The notes under the pieces: model-generated | Database searches by the model: none | What the model saw: only the letters and a program-made list of their open reading frames with translations | What the model was told of the DNA's origin: nothing | Made by a program: the position numbers and the translations under genes | Assembly (NCBI GenBank): GCA_964016885.1 | Contig: OZ024743.1 | Location: 27,156,001 to 27,220,000, forward strand | Length of the DNA stretch: 64,000 bases | Source: Eledone cirrhosa | Taxonomy: Eukaryota | Reading direction: 5' to 3' | Shown here: positions 23,680 through 35,470 of the stretch, piece by piece | Position numbering within the stretch: the first letter of the stretch is position 1 | Layout of the letters: each line of letters opens with the position of its first letter

Positions 23680-26600
23680 CTTTCTTTATTAACCACAAGG
23701 GTTTACATAAAGTAGACATTAAGGACAGTACACGACAATACAGGACGGTACAAATGGGCATTTCTGCGTGTAAAAAACAAAAACAGAGGATGTAACAAAA
23801 AATAACAATGAAAAATTGCCCAATACGGGGGAGACTTCGGAGGGACATTCATAGAGAAAGCCCATTAAAAAGCCACAGTGACCCTGACCACCAGGGCAAG
23901 TGCCTTCTCCCAGTTTTCCACCTTTAATTTACAGACACATACTCATTCGGGCCATTCTTGCCTCTCTCACCCATCTTTCAACAAAATGGTGGGAAGAGAG
24001 CACTTCCCATTTTACCCTGATTTTCCTTTTCAAATGAAATTTGAAAAAGTTAATCAGGGCATCACCGAAGAGGTAAGTGCTCGTCTTCAGCCCTTTCAAA
24101 CGTGTCCACCATACTATCTCTTTCGCCATGGCCACCAGACAGATAAAAACTGCCTGCCCTTCCCGGCTAAAGGAAGAGGGCGGGGCAATCCTCAAGATGG
24201 ACTCAGCTGATAGCTGGATCCGTCCTACACGCGACAGCAGGTGTTCGACATAAACCCACAAGTCAGCAATGCTCGGACACTGGACGAGTGCATGCAGGAC
24301 GGTTTAGTCGCCCTGCGCGCATCTCGGACATGCCGGGCTGACGGCACCTCCATGCCTGTAGAGTTTATCCCGAACTGGCAAAGCTCCTCGGTAGCACTGC
24401 CAGGCCAGGGATTTCTGGAAGTTGTCCATAGGCCCCGGCCCGAAAGTTCTTTCGAAGAGATTGGCTAGTTGATTTTCGTCGACGCCTAGAGTTTCCCCAA
24501 GTACGTCGTCGCTCTTCCCCTCCACTAATCCTCTATAGAACGCCAAGGTGGAGTTTCCACCGATCACATTGCCCGATTGGTCGAGGGCTGTGAGCGCCTG
24601 AAGACATTCCAGTCTCCAAGCGCTCCCTCTCGGTCTTCGCTTGACCCAGGACTGCAGCTCCGTCAAGGAGACGAGCTGGGGAAAGACGCGTCTAGCAAAC
24701 GGCGACCACATCTGGTCACCGTCGAGGAAGAGGTGGAGATGTCGTAGCCTGAGCGCGTGTCTGCACATCATCAGCCACGGCATGCCCAGCCATCCACGTA
24801 GCGGGTGTTGACAGCAGATGGACCGCCTGACCATCGGAGCGCGTTCCTTCCACAAAAAGCGAAAGAGCAAACGCTCCAGCGCAGTCAGGCGGGGCTTAGG
24901 ACAAGGTACGACGGTCAGGCGGTAGTAGATGACGGACGCGATGTACGCGTTAGCCACCTCCGCTCGACCTTTCAGGGATAGCTTCCTCTCCGCCCATTTC
25001 TGGGTGAGAGAAGCCACCCTGCTCGTCACCTCGTCCCAGGTTTTGTCCGTCTGGAGGTCCGGACCGAACCAGACCCCTAGCAATTTAAGCGGTCCGCCCG
25101 TCCAGCGCCCGACGACGCTGTTGGACGGCATGGACCTGCCTCTCCAAGTGCCGAGCTGCAGGCCCACTGACTTTTCCTGGTTGATCATTGCTCCTGTCAC
25201 CGCTTCGTATTCCCTTAGTGTAGTGCCAATCGCCTCGATGTGTTTGGCGTTCGACACTATTACGGTGACATCGTCCGCATATGCTGACACGGATCTTCCG
25301 CATCCTAGTTCGCGCGGGACGCCCCTCAACGTCTCCAGTTTGTACAGTAATGGCTCGAGAGTCAATACGTACAAGAGGGACGAGAGGGGACATCCTTAGC
25401 GGACCGAGCGCATGATGTTGAACGGTTCCGAAAGGTGACGTTCACTCTCACCACAGAGCAGATGTCGCTGTGCATGGCAGCAATCCAGCCTCTGAAGACG
25501 GGCCCAAAGCCAGCCGCTCTTAGGACTGCCGCTAAGTAACGATGGTCGACCCTATCGAAAACTTTCGACTGATCTAAATTGATCAAGGACCCACCCGTGC
25601 CAGGTTCCTTAGCTACCCTCTCCACGATGTATCGCATGAGGTGGAGGTTGTCGTGGATGGATCTGTCGGGAATGGCGCATGTCTGCGCCTCTCCCACCAG
25701 ACCAGCAACGACAAGCGCCAACCTCTTTGCTAGCACCTTGGCCAAAATCTTGAACTCTGTGTTTAGCAGAGTTATGGGCCTGAAATTATCTATGTTATCC
25801 CCCTTGTTCGGATTCTTTCTCAGCAGCGCCACAGCTCCTCGGCTCACAGAGCTGGGAATTCTCCCGTTCTGTTGCCAGTTGCAGTAGACGTCCGCCAAGA
25901 GGCCTCCGAACAAGTCTGGCATCTGTACGTAAAGTTCATAGGGAAGACCATCCAAACCAGGCGATTTACCCCTTGTGCAGCCAGTCATTGCCTCCCGTAC
26001 TCCAGCGGCTGTTATCGGCTTTTCACAACACTGTAAGCTCCATCCCAGATCCGGCCCAGTTCTCCTGCTTTTCTTTTGCTATTTCGATTATCTTGGTGTT
26101 GGCCTCGATGCCGAAGAGGACGGCAGCCATTAGCCAAGGAATTTCGATGGCCTGTGGAACGTGGGTCACCCTGATCTTCACAAGTCTCTGGCCACAATAG
26201 CTTGGGACGAGTGTGAAGTCGTCACTTCTTAATGGGGCCATGGAGTGTTTTCTGGCCTCCTGTGGTGTTCCAAAGAACACGTCCACGGTTCCATATTTCT
26301 GCCCACGTCTGATGTGGGTTTCTTTTTGTCCACACATGTCCCAAATCTTTTTGAATTTGGGACTCGGATGCCCGTTCCACTCGGCGCGATTTTATGTTAT
26401 TCGTCCGATAAGACACGGTGCATAGGCGCCGATGCTCCATTTTATTAGGTGGGGAGGAGGTGAGGCTGACCCTGTACCCATCTTTCTTTACCATTCTCTT
26501 GGCTTCATCTAATTCCTCCTGAGTTACCTGGATTGCTTCGCACTTTTTTGCTGCTTTGGCAAAAGACACGGTGGTTTTGTTATTCTCATTGTTGTTGTTG

Positions 26601-27159
26601 TTGTTGTTATCGTTATTTTTGTTATTGTTATTTTTAGTTTCAGTTGTGGTGGTGGTGGCGTCAGTGGTGTTCGGTGTGGAAGAGTCCATTCTGGGTGAAT
26701 CCATTTCGATGTCACGAGATAATTTTGTTTTTCTTTTGTTTCTGTTGTCGCTGTGGTGGTGGTGAGGGTGGCGGCTTCAACACCTGCAGTCATTGGTAAT
26801 GGCGGGAAATGAATGTCTGCATGAGACAAATTTAAATTATTGCTACTGCTTATATTTTTAGTGTTGGCAAATGTAGGAATATTTACAATGGTGGTGTCGG
26901 TGTGAGGTGTTAGTTTGTGAGAAAGGTATGGCTGTGAGTCGTCCATAATTTTTTCAAAGACATTTTTTGTTTGATAATTATAAAAGTTTAAATTTTGGGC
27001 TCAAGGCGCCAATCTTTTTGAGTGTCCTTTTCCGAAAGCAAATTTTGTGACTTTATAAACAGTTAACAACAAAAATTTTCCATAAATGGCAATTTTAAAC
27101 AAACGAAAACAACAAACCTTTGCGGAGCTTACGATGATACGATTTCTACGTAGGTCGTC

Positions 27160-27160
<1 letters not shown>
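23680..27160 (-). mobile_element. L1/Tx1-clade LINE with both ends and an internal deletion, in (AAT)n
   Basis: ORF1 remnant at about 26946-26020. ORF2 RT motifs KSPGLDGLPYELY, NFRPITLLNTEFKILAKVLA, LDQSKVFDRVDH, SAYADDVT and KLLGVWF, then CPRC. No APE domain is seen and frameshifts are present. AAT repeats lie at 23659-23679 and 27160-27208. Confidence 0.92.
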
Positions 27161-27209
<49 letters not shown>

Positions 27210-27211
<2 letters not shown>

Positions 27212-27460
27212 GGGTCCCACTCATTTCAGGTTCCACAGACACGTGTGCCCTTTTACGTAGCTCTCAGGGAGACTCAGCGTGACACAGTAGGTGACAATGA
27301 CAGCCACTTTGAATTACAGGTACAACTTATTTTTGCCAGTGGATTGGAGCAGCATAAAACAAAGTTTGATACTGAATTCAATAACACAGCGTGCCACTGG
27401 AATCGACCTCACGACCTTACGATGGTCAGGTGAATAGTCTAACCACTAAACCTTGCACAT
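27210..27460 (-). mobile_element. SINE family B
   Basis: Reverse complement of family B: CCACAGACACGTGT..CTCAGGGAGACTCAGCGTGACACAG..TTTGAATTACAGGTAC. Confidence 0.7.
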
Positions 27461-27880
27461 TCACTAGTGTCATTGGTAATTAGTTGATAACATCGCCACA
27501 ATAAAATATCGGTGACCAAGGAACAGCAACAACAACAACAACAACAGAAACGGTGGCAGCCGCCAGAACTATACTAATTCACATACACATATTCCTACAT
27601 TGTATGTTCTTGACTAAAGTAGAGAACGTAGACAATATAATCAGTGAAGCAGAAAATAGAAACAAATAAGAATTGGCGCGTACAAATGGCTTACGAAGAA
27701 AAATCTGATTGAAAATTCATAACGAATTTCCTTGTACATTGGTTTTTACGTCTCCCTCGTTTCTGTCTCTGCCTCTCAATCTCTTCTCTCCCTCCTTCAT
27801 CTCTCTCTCTCTCACACTCTCTCTCCAAGCACACACACACACACACACATTTATATGTAAACATAGACAATTATATATAC

Positions 27881-27981
<101 letters not shown>

Positions 27982-28149
27982 GTTGTTATATAGTAAGGTG
28001 CATTATTGGTTGTGTAAAATGGTCCAATAACTTTATGTTAGCAATATTAAGTTCTCCAGGCTTTTGTATATCTCCAATTCCATTCAAGGGAACAGCTAGA
28101 TGATGTAAAACGGAGTATAAGTATCAAAATGAAAATTCGAAGGCAAGGT

Positions 28150-28194
<45 letters not shown>

Positions 28195-28230
28195 TACATT
28201 AAATAAAGTTAAAAGAACGATTGATATATA

Positions 28231-28416
28231 TATAGAAATGGCTTCTACAGGACTAGAACTGTTTCATTCGAAGGAAATCAACAGGAAAGCCCTGATGATT
28301 TCCTTCGAATGAAACAGTTCTAGTCCTGTAGAAGCCATTTCTATATTATATATTTATATTCTGTTATGTATTGAGTACCTTACTTACTGTGGTTACCCTC
28401 GATTGAACCCGGGATA
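28231..28416 (+). mobile_element. Fold-back hammerhead cassette (same family as 21241-21420)
   Basis: 55-bp arms at 28231-28285 and 28291-28345. The right arm has the core CTGATGA (28292)...GAAACAG..CTGTA but its stem I 5' strand is cut by the inversion. The left arm core is mutated (CTGTTGA). The tail matches the reverse complement of 21241-21315. Confidence 0.8.
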
Positions 28417-28474
28417 CACACACACACGCACAGACACACACACACACACAGACACACACACACACAAACAGACA

Positions 28475-28557
<83 letters not shown>

Positions 28558-28558
<1 letters not shown>

Positions 28559-28850
28559 GATCTGTGTCGGTTTCGACGATGAATGATGTAATTTAATCAT
28601 AGTGTAAGTTGTTGAGTATTTAACAGTCACATGTACCCTCAACATAATTCTCAAGTAGATTAAGGTTAACATGGCTAGACATTTGAATTACAAGTACAGT
28701 TCATTCAACAGGCTTCCACACAATTTCCATCTACCCAATTTCACTAACAAGAATTGGGCAGACACTAAATACAGATGTTATGTAACATGCTTGAACTCAG
28801 ATCTCTTGATTGTGAAGCAAACTTTTAAACCACACTGCCGTGCTTGCATA
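28558..28850 (-). mobile_element. SINE family B (decayed)
   Basis: GTCGGTTTCGACGATGA..., TTTGAATTACAAGTACAG and TTCCATCTACCCAATTTCACT are shared with 54545-55620. Confidence 0.6.
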
Positions 28851-29630
28851 CGTTCACTTGGTTAAGCTTAGCATTAGCATGTTATTTTCATTAGTAATCC
28901 GCTTGTTTACGCAAGTTTCTATTCAGTTTAAGTTAATTCTATTCAGAACTGATTTACAAAGCTCATTATGCAAACATTGTGTGGAACATCGAAGCTTATT
29001 TTATGCAAAAGAGGTTTTACTAACTTTTGACTGACTTAATAATAATTTAAACTATAAATACATGGTTTATTTTTAGAAATTGAAATATTGGAACTTCATG
29101 TCATGTCATTTCTTTTTTCTTGCAATTCTATAGCAAACTGCAGATCAGATTAAGAGATATTTTAAAAGGGTTCGGGAATAAACAAAAAGTAATATAATAA
29201 TATAATTTAAATTAATTTAACGCATTAAAGAAGTGGTCCTTCGTAAAGAAAAATCAGTGAAGAAAATTTCGTGTATTCAGCGTTTGTATGGTTTAGTTTT
29301 GTCTTTTGACCAAAAATTGTCCTTGTTTTTTCCTTCAACATAATAGAGCAGTGATGTTTATTCCTGGGATCTCATACTCCACTCAAATTCCTTAGGTTGG
29401 GGAGTTGTGGGGTTCTTAACCCTTTTGGTACCAAACTTTTTATTTTAGAGTGTGTATATTTATCTAAAACGCTTCCATCATCATTTTATGTATGAACCTT
29501 TGTTAAGTTATGTTCCATATAATAGCCTAATAATGAGAAAGTTAGTAAATCCCTTCAAATGCTTGAGGAAAATGAGTGAGAATATATATTTGCAGTCCAT
29601 TTTTGCTCATACATATGCGACCAATTGATA

Positions 29631-29817
29631 AATTGGCAATGTCGGTAGAGGGTCGGACGCCATGCCTTGACGCATAGAGTTACGGTCCTTGCCATTCTGA
29701 GTTCAAATCCCGCCGAGGTTAACTTTGCCTTTCATCCTTACGGGGTCGATAAAATAAAGTACCAGTAATGCACTCGGTAATTTGCTGGCCTTGTGTCAAA
29801 AGTAGAAACAAATATTA
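29631..29817 (+). mobile_element. SINE family A
   Basis: A/B boxes, core and tail. Confidence 0.9.
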
Positions 29818-30479
29818 AAGAAACATATATGTTCAAGACACATACATAAATGTATCGATACGTGTCGATGTTTCAGAGCAGGCCCAGTGTCATGTATTCT
29901 GGAGGTTGTGAAAACTCAGGAATTGAATGATTGCGGTATGGGTAGAGCTTTCTCCTCTAGATTAGGTGGTGCGATTTCATGTAGAAATGAAGAATTGTAT
30001 AACATTTAAGAACTAAGAAAAAATATTTTCCAATTGCGTTTGTTCAAAATAGCATAATTCTATTGCTATTTATGTATTTGTTTCAGTTTCAGAAAGCTCT
30101 AGAATAGAAACTTCAATGTAATATAATCTTCATTATAACTTTTAAAGAATTTGTTTATTGGTCTCGTGCCGTATTTGAATTGGATAGAGAAACATTCAAT
30201 ATATAACTAGTTAAATTTGGAGTTAAATATTCGAAGAAGAAAATAAATTTTAGTGAACCTGATTCTTAGTGACAACCACAACATTTTATAAACAATAGCA
30301 CTATTAAGTATAAGTTTCCAACGAGCTAATCACTGGTATGTGTGTATCTATAAATACTAAGTGGCTACGACTGGAATGTCTTTGAACATATATTTGCTCT
30401 CTTAGCTAAACATCAACAACAATGATATGAAAAAATGTTGTTCACTTCTTGTAGTTAATTTACTAGTTGATTTTAGAAC

Positions 30480-30800
30480 TTATGACGCCTTTGGAGGCCT
30501 GTGGAGTCGAGGGACCTACCGCAGTGATATCTCAGATCCCCACAGATATCGCCTGCCATTCGTATTGCAATGGAGATGCGGAGTTCATCCTGACTGAGAA
30601 GACCACCAATGTTGGCCATAGGCAGGGCATCAATCCAGTCCTCCGAGGACATTGTGTTTTCAGAAAGTAAGCGGCACCTAGAAAATCAGAATGATCAAAG
30701 AGGGTGTTAAATGTTTCACTCGAACGTTGATTGTCCCATACTCTCTGCTTCCGACTATCCTCGTCAATATCAGGAATTGACGAGCCCATCTCTCACCACA
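30480..30800 (-). mobile_element. CRE-clade LINE fragment (region upstream of the zinc knuckle)
   Basis: Minus strand RKQRVWD, then after a frameshift SEDWIDALPMANIGGLLSQDELRISIAIRMAGDICG..YHCGRSLDSTGL. This overlaps the IGVSLRLGLRICQPHQCRCGSTVDSFGL start of 40642. Confidence 0.75.
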
Positions 30801-32260
30801 GTGAAGAAAAACAAGATGGATTTTTTGTTTAATAATTGCTAGGATTATATTAGGCGAGGGAACATTTTCAACTCGCTATCTGTTTTTCTGTATTTATTAC
30901 GCATAACACTCCTCCGAGATGTCCCTCCCCTACTAGAGCGGATGCCCGTGTGTTAATCGAGCATTCCCTTAATTATGCGCACCATTCTCCCACATAAAAT
31001 AATTTCAAACTACAGTTCTATAAGCTGACAAACATAGTTTTTCATATTTCTTGTTCTGACTACACTAATAAAATTACGAAGCCTATACGGACCACATTCA
31101 CCCACGTCAAATCATGTAACATGCTATGGCAACAGATGATTCTCTCTATCACTTTGGAGATTTCCACAAATTTTTTACGCGGCAACGATGTTTAGCGATT
31201 ATTCAATGATTGCAGGAAATTATTATATATTTAATCTAAATACGCAAATTAGTATAATATTGTGGTTCAGTAATGCTTCACTCTAGGGTTTACGTCTTAG
31301 AAGGCTGCTTAGTTAGTTTTAACAGTAGCGCCGGCTTTGTTCTAATGCATATTGTCGACAATCCTGGATGCGTTGCAAGAAATTCCATCTATATAATTTA
31401 AATTCTATCCTATGCCACCACAAGTTATCTCCCTTGTAAAATAACTTCAAATTTAAAAAAATTTACAAATCTCGATACCACCGACAACGTAATACTCACT
31501 TTCAGTTTAGTGGCGATAATTGCTATAATTTTATATAAGATATAACATTTTAGATCAGTTCTGTCATGCTAATGTTGTTGTTGTTAAACCCCAGGTTAAC
31601 ATATGATAGAGCGGACCTATGATTATAATTGTGACCATTTTGAGTATTTTTTTAAAGTCACAGTGTGAAAAGTGTTCTTCATTTTATTAAACAATGTGGT
31701 ACACCTTTGTTACGGCAACTGAGGGTTTGGGGCTTCTTTTTATCTCGATATAATCATGTTAGACGGTTACCACGTGGTATTAGATTTAATTTTAAATATT
31801 TGTGCTTTCATTTTAATTAAAGTTGAAGTGTAGAAAAAATGTTTCCAACTTCGTATTATGTTTCTAGTAAATTATTATATCGTTCGGAGAATCGGATAAT
31901 CCGGCAAAAGTTTGGAATCAACGATGTCGGAAAGTTGGAGCGCTACCTGAATATAATTTGATGAAGATTTGTCTGATATTCCTGCTAAAGGTCAAGCAAG
32001 TACGTAAAGGCTGCTTTCCTGTAGTGGTTAGGTTATTTACATCATGTTTCTAGGATTCATTCATGATCACAACCGAATCCTCTATAACTACCCCCCCCCA
32101 CACACACACATATCCGCTCGATTTCACATTAATAGCTTCGTTGACAGATACATTTAATTTGCCATTCGGTGAATTTGGACAATACTTTGACTGGGGCGAT
32201 CTATTGCTAGGTCTGATGCCAATTCGATAGACCTGTTGTCTGAAGCTCGCAATAATTATG

Positions 32261-32342
<82 letters not shown>

Positions 32343-32459
32343 TCTCACACGCACAAACATACATACACACAAACACACGCACACACACACACACACACAG
32401 ACACACACGTAAGCACATATATACACGCGGAGACAGTGGAAAACCGTTTATATTCGGTA

Positions 32460-32625
32460 ATAATTGTTTCTACTTTTGGCACAAGGCTAGTCATTATTCA
32501 GTACATTACTGCTACTTTATTTTATCGACCCCGTAAGGATGAAAGGCAAGGTTAATTTCAGACCATAAAGGGACGTAACTATGCTAGAAAGCATGGCGTC
32601 CAACCCTCTACTGATACTGCCAATC
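32460..32625 (-). mobile_element. SINE family A with a small internal deletion
   Basis: Reverse complement of tail, core and head. Confidence 0.85.
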
Positions 32626-32730
32626 AAACAGTTACAGTTACCAAAATTAGTCGGTCCCAAACATTCTCAAGATATTGCTGAACTCTCTATTCAATTTTAC
32701 CACCCGTTTATGTATGTGTGTGTATGTGTG

Positions 32731-33056
32731 TGGAAGTGCATGGCTTGGTGGTCAGGGTGTTCGACTCACAATCGTGATGTCGTGGTATCCATTCCTGGCG
32801 GCAAGTTGTGTCCTTGAGCCAGACACTTTGTTTCATGTTACTCCAATCCATTCAGCTGGCAAAAATAAGTTGTACCAGTAATTCAAAGGGTGAACATTAT
32901 TACACATTGAGTCACGCTGAATTTCCAGATAAATTACCTTAAGAGTATACATGTCTGTGGAATTCACAGCCTCTTACATGTTAATTTTATGATCAGATCG
33001 TTCTGTTGTTCGAACAACAGGAACAGTCTTCCTCGAAACCGACCGAGGTCCAACAC
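32731..33056 (+). mobile_element. SINE family B, near full length
   Basis: tRNA-like head TGGCTTGGTGGTCAGGG.., CORE-like TGTGTCCTTGAGCCAGACACTT and 3' GAAACCGACCGAGGTCC. Confidence 0.7.
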
Positions 33057-33105
33057 TTAACAGTCAGAAGATCATTTAATTATAATCATTTATTTTTCTT
33101 TTCCG

Positions 33106-33106
<1 letters not shown>

Positions 33107-33136
<30 letters not shown>

Positions 33137-33507
33137 GGAGGAGGAGGATGAGGAAGGAGAGGAGAGCGCGTGTGTGCGGCGGCCCTTTCCTTGTCTTTTT
33201 TTTCTTGTTCATTTTCCTCTCGTCATTCGGTCATTTGCACGTCGTCGGCGGCCGCTCGCCGTTGTTTTTCCCGTTGGAAACGGGGGATGGAAGGCAGCAG
33301 CGGCGTGCGGGCTCCTTTTGAGACGTTCGATGCATACTGGGTGCGAACAACACGGCTCCACCCCGAGACACCGTGGGGTGACACGGCTTCGGGCTCGTTG
33401 GCGCGTCGGTATATTCCTCCGTCCGCTTCCCGGCGGCGGGGTTGCCATGACACGCAACAGGCGTTCCACCGGCGGCGAACGGTCGACTTGTAACTATTAC
33501 GGACCAG
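33107..33507 (+). promoter_or_regulatory. CpG/GC-rich island, candidate first exon (5' UTR) of a host gene
   Basis: The only non-transposon GC/CpG-rich block in the window (includes GCGGCCGC at 33248). It ends at a CAG|GTAAAT donor (GT 33508-33509). Confidence 0.55.
33447..33507 (+). CDS. Candidate first coding exon MTRNRRSTGGERSTCNYYGP (phase 1), product unknown
   Basis: GCCATGA Kozak context, open to the donor site. No downstream exon was recognised. Confidence 0.35.
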
Positions 33508-34512
33508 GTAAATCTGACTGTCGATAATCATAACTTAACAAAAATATTCATCCAAGGGAGATCACCCAGTTTCTGAGTTATTTCCCGTGAAAGATATTAT
33601 TTACGATGCATAAATAACCGTATTTATAAATTAACTTTACATCTTGTGTATCTTGGAACATTTAATGAACGTTTAATGAGAGTAGAGTTCCTGATGCTGA
33701 GGCGAAAAAACATGGCATTTAGTTTACTGGGATGTATGCTTTAAATATGTCATTTAGCAACCAAAATTGCAGTCAGCTTGAGTTACCTCCCTTGCAAGAG
33801 GCGATTGATTAAGCTAGTAATAAAAGTAGCATTTTTGATGTCGCTGTTGATGTAGTCGTTGTTGATTAGCTACAGGTCAACTCTGATGAAACCGACATCC
33901 GATCATGACATATCTCTTACTATATTATCTGTGTTTTTGACATATTTATGACATTAAAGTGAGAGTTCGGGAGCCAGTTATCTAGACGAGGGTTAATGCT
34001 GACGATAAGAAGCTAAATATTTGATATTTTATATCCTATCAATTTATCAATAGCAGAACCATGGTCGAGTATTTACTTCTCATTAGCATAGTTCTACAAT
34101 GTACACCACAATCCTCCATTTAGGTTTCATATCGTCCCAAATAAAGTAATTTCAACTTATAATTCAGTAAACTGGCCAACCTAGTTTTGATATTGCTTTC
34201 TTTGATTCTGCTAAGCCTGTATTTTTCACTAAATAGACAACACACACATCTACGACAAATCATCTGATAAGTTATAACGCCTTACGACCCTCACCACCAC
34301 TTTGAATATTTCTGGTCTCATTGTAGGGCGTCCCATCTGTAGATAGTGAGCTGAGGTCGCTGATCAAGCGATATTGCTTCCAGACTGACTCTAGGTTACG
34401 TCCATTTATACAATGTACTCTTAAAATCGCCATGCTGGATGGAAAACGTTGTTCTGGCGATGTCTGAAAAATATCTTGTGTTGTTGGTGTTGTTAATTAT
34501 TTCACAGTTTCT

Positions 34513-35040
34513 TTGTTGTTGTTGTTGTTGCTTTTGTTATTGTTGTTGTTGTTGTTGCTTTTGTTATTGTTGTTGTTGTTGTTGCATCTGTCATTGTTGT
34601 CGTTGTAGCTGTTCATGTTGTTGTTGTTGCATCTGTCATTGTTGTCGTTGTAGCTGTTCATGTTGTTGTTGTTGCTTCTGTCATTGTTGTCGTTGTAGCT
34701 GTTATTGTTGTTGTTGTTGCTTCTGTCATTGCTGTCGTTGTAGCTGTTCATGTTGTTGTTGTTGCTTCTGTCATTGTTGTCGTTGTAGCTGTTCATGTTG
34801 TTGTTGTTGCTTCTGTCATTGTTGTCGTTGTAGCTGTTCATGTTGTTGTTGGTGTTCTTTTTGTTGTTTATGGTATTACTATTATGTGTGTCAATGCTTT
34901 TAGTTGTTTTTGTTGGGCTGGTGTTGATGGCGTTGATGGTGATGGTGTCCGCAGTGCTGGTACTACTGTTGTTATCATTTTTTGTTGGGCTGGTGTTGAT
35001 GGCGTTGATGGTGGTGATGGTACTAGTGTTGTTATCGTGT
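34513..35040. repeat. (TTG)n-derived compound repeat: 45-bp unit x about 6, then a ~72-bp duplication
   Basis: Unit TGTTGTTGTTGTTGCTTCTGTCATTGTTGTCGTTGTAGCTGTTCA. TTTGTTGGGCTGGTGTTGATGGCGTTGATGG occurs twice. Confidence 0.9.
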
Positions 35041-35470
35041 TTGGTTGTGTTGAAATAACAAGGGACCTCTACCGAATCAACGAAAACATAAAATCTTCCA
35101 ATCACGTCCATATGTCTTCAAAAAGAAAATATACATTGGCTTATGTAATCCTTGATGCTTACCTTTAAATATATGCCAGATTCACTGGATATCACTGGGC
35201 TATACGGCCAGTATTGATTAGGCGGAAAAAAACAACAGCAACAACAACAATAACCGGCAAAGGCTTTTCAGCATGTTCTTATCGATTTCCAGAATTTTTC
35301 CTAACATCACTGCTCATCTTCTTCATTATAACTCTAAAGAATTCTGGGTGTGGGGTGGATGGTGGGAGAACCTTCTATCGACTGAATCGTTGATGTGGTC
35401 GAAATCTGGGAATAAAAACCCAGATATTCGACTTGTTGGAAAACATGTTAAACAAAAGTAGACAACATTA

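Noticed and set aside
29416-29560. piggyBac-type MITE (TTAACCCTTT start)
   Set aside because: No matching second terminus was found.
30467-30670. Plus-strand exon ending in a GTAAG donor
   Set aside because: It is better explained as a minus-strand CRE retrotransposon fragment.
34439-34903. Metallothionein-like Cys-rich protein
   Set aside because: It is a translation of a (TTG)n-derived repeat, and the opposite strand is equally open (poly-Asn).
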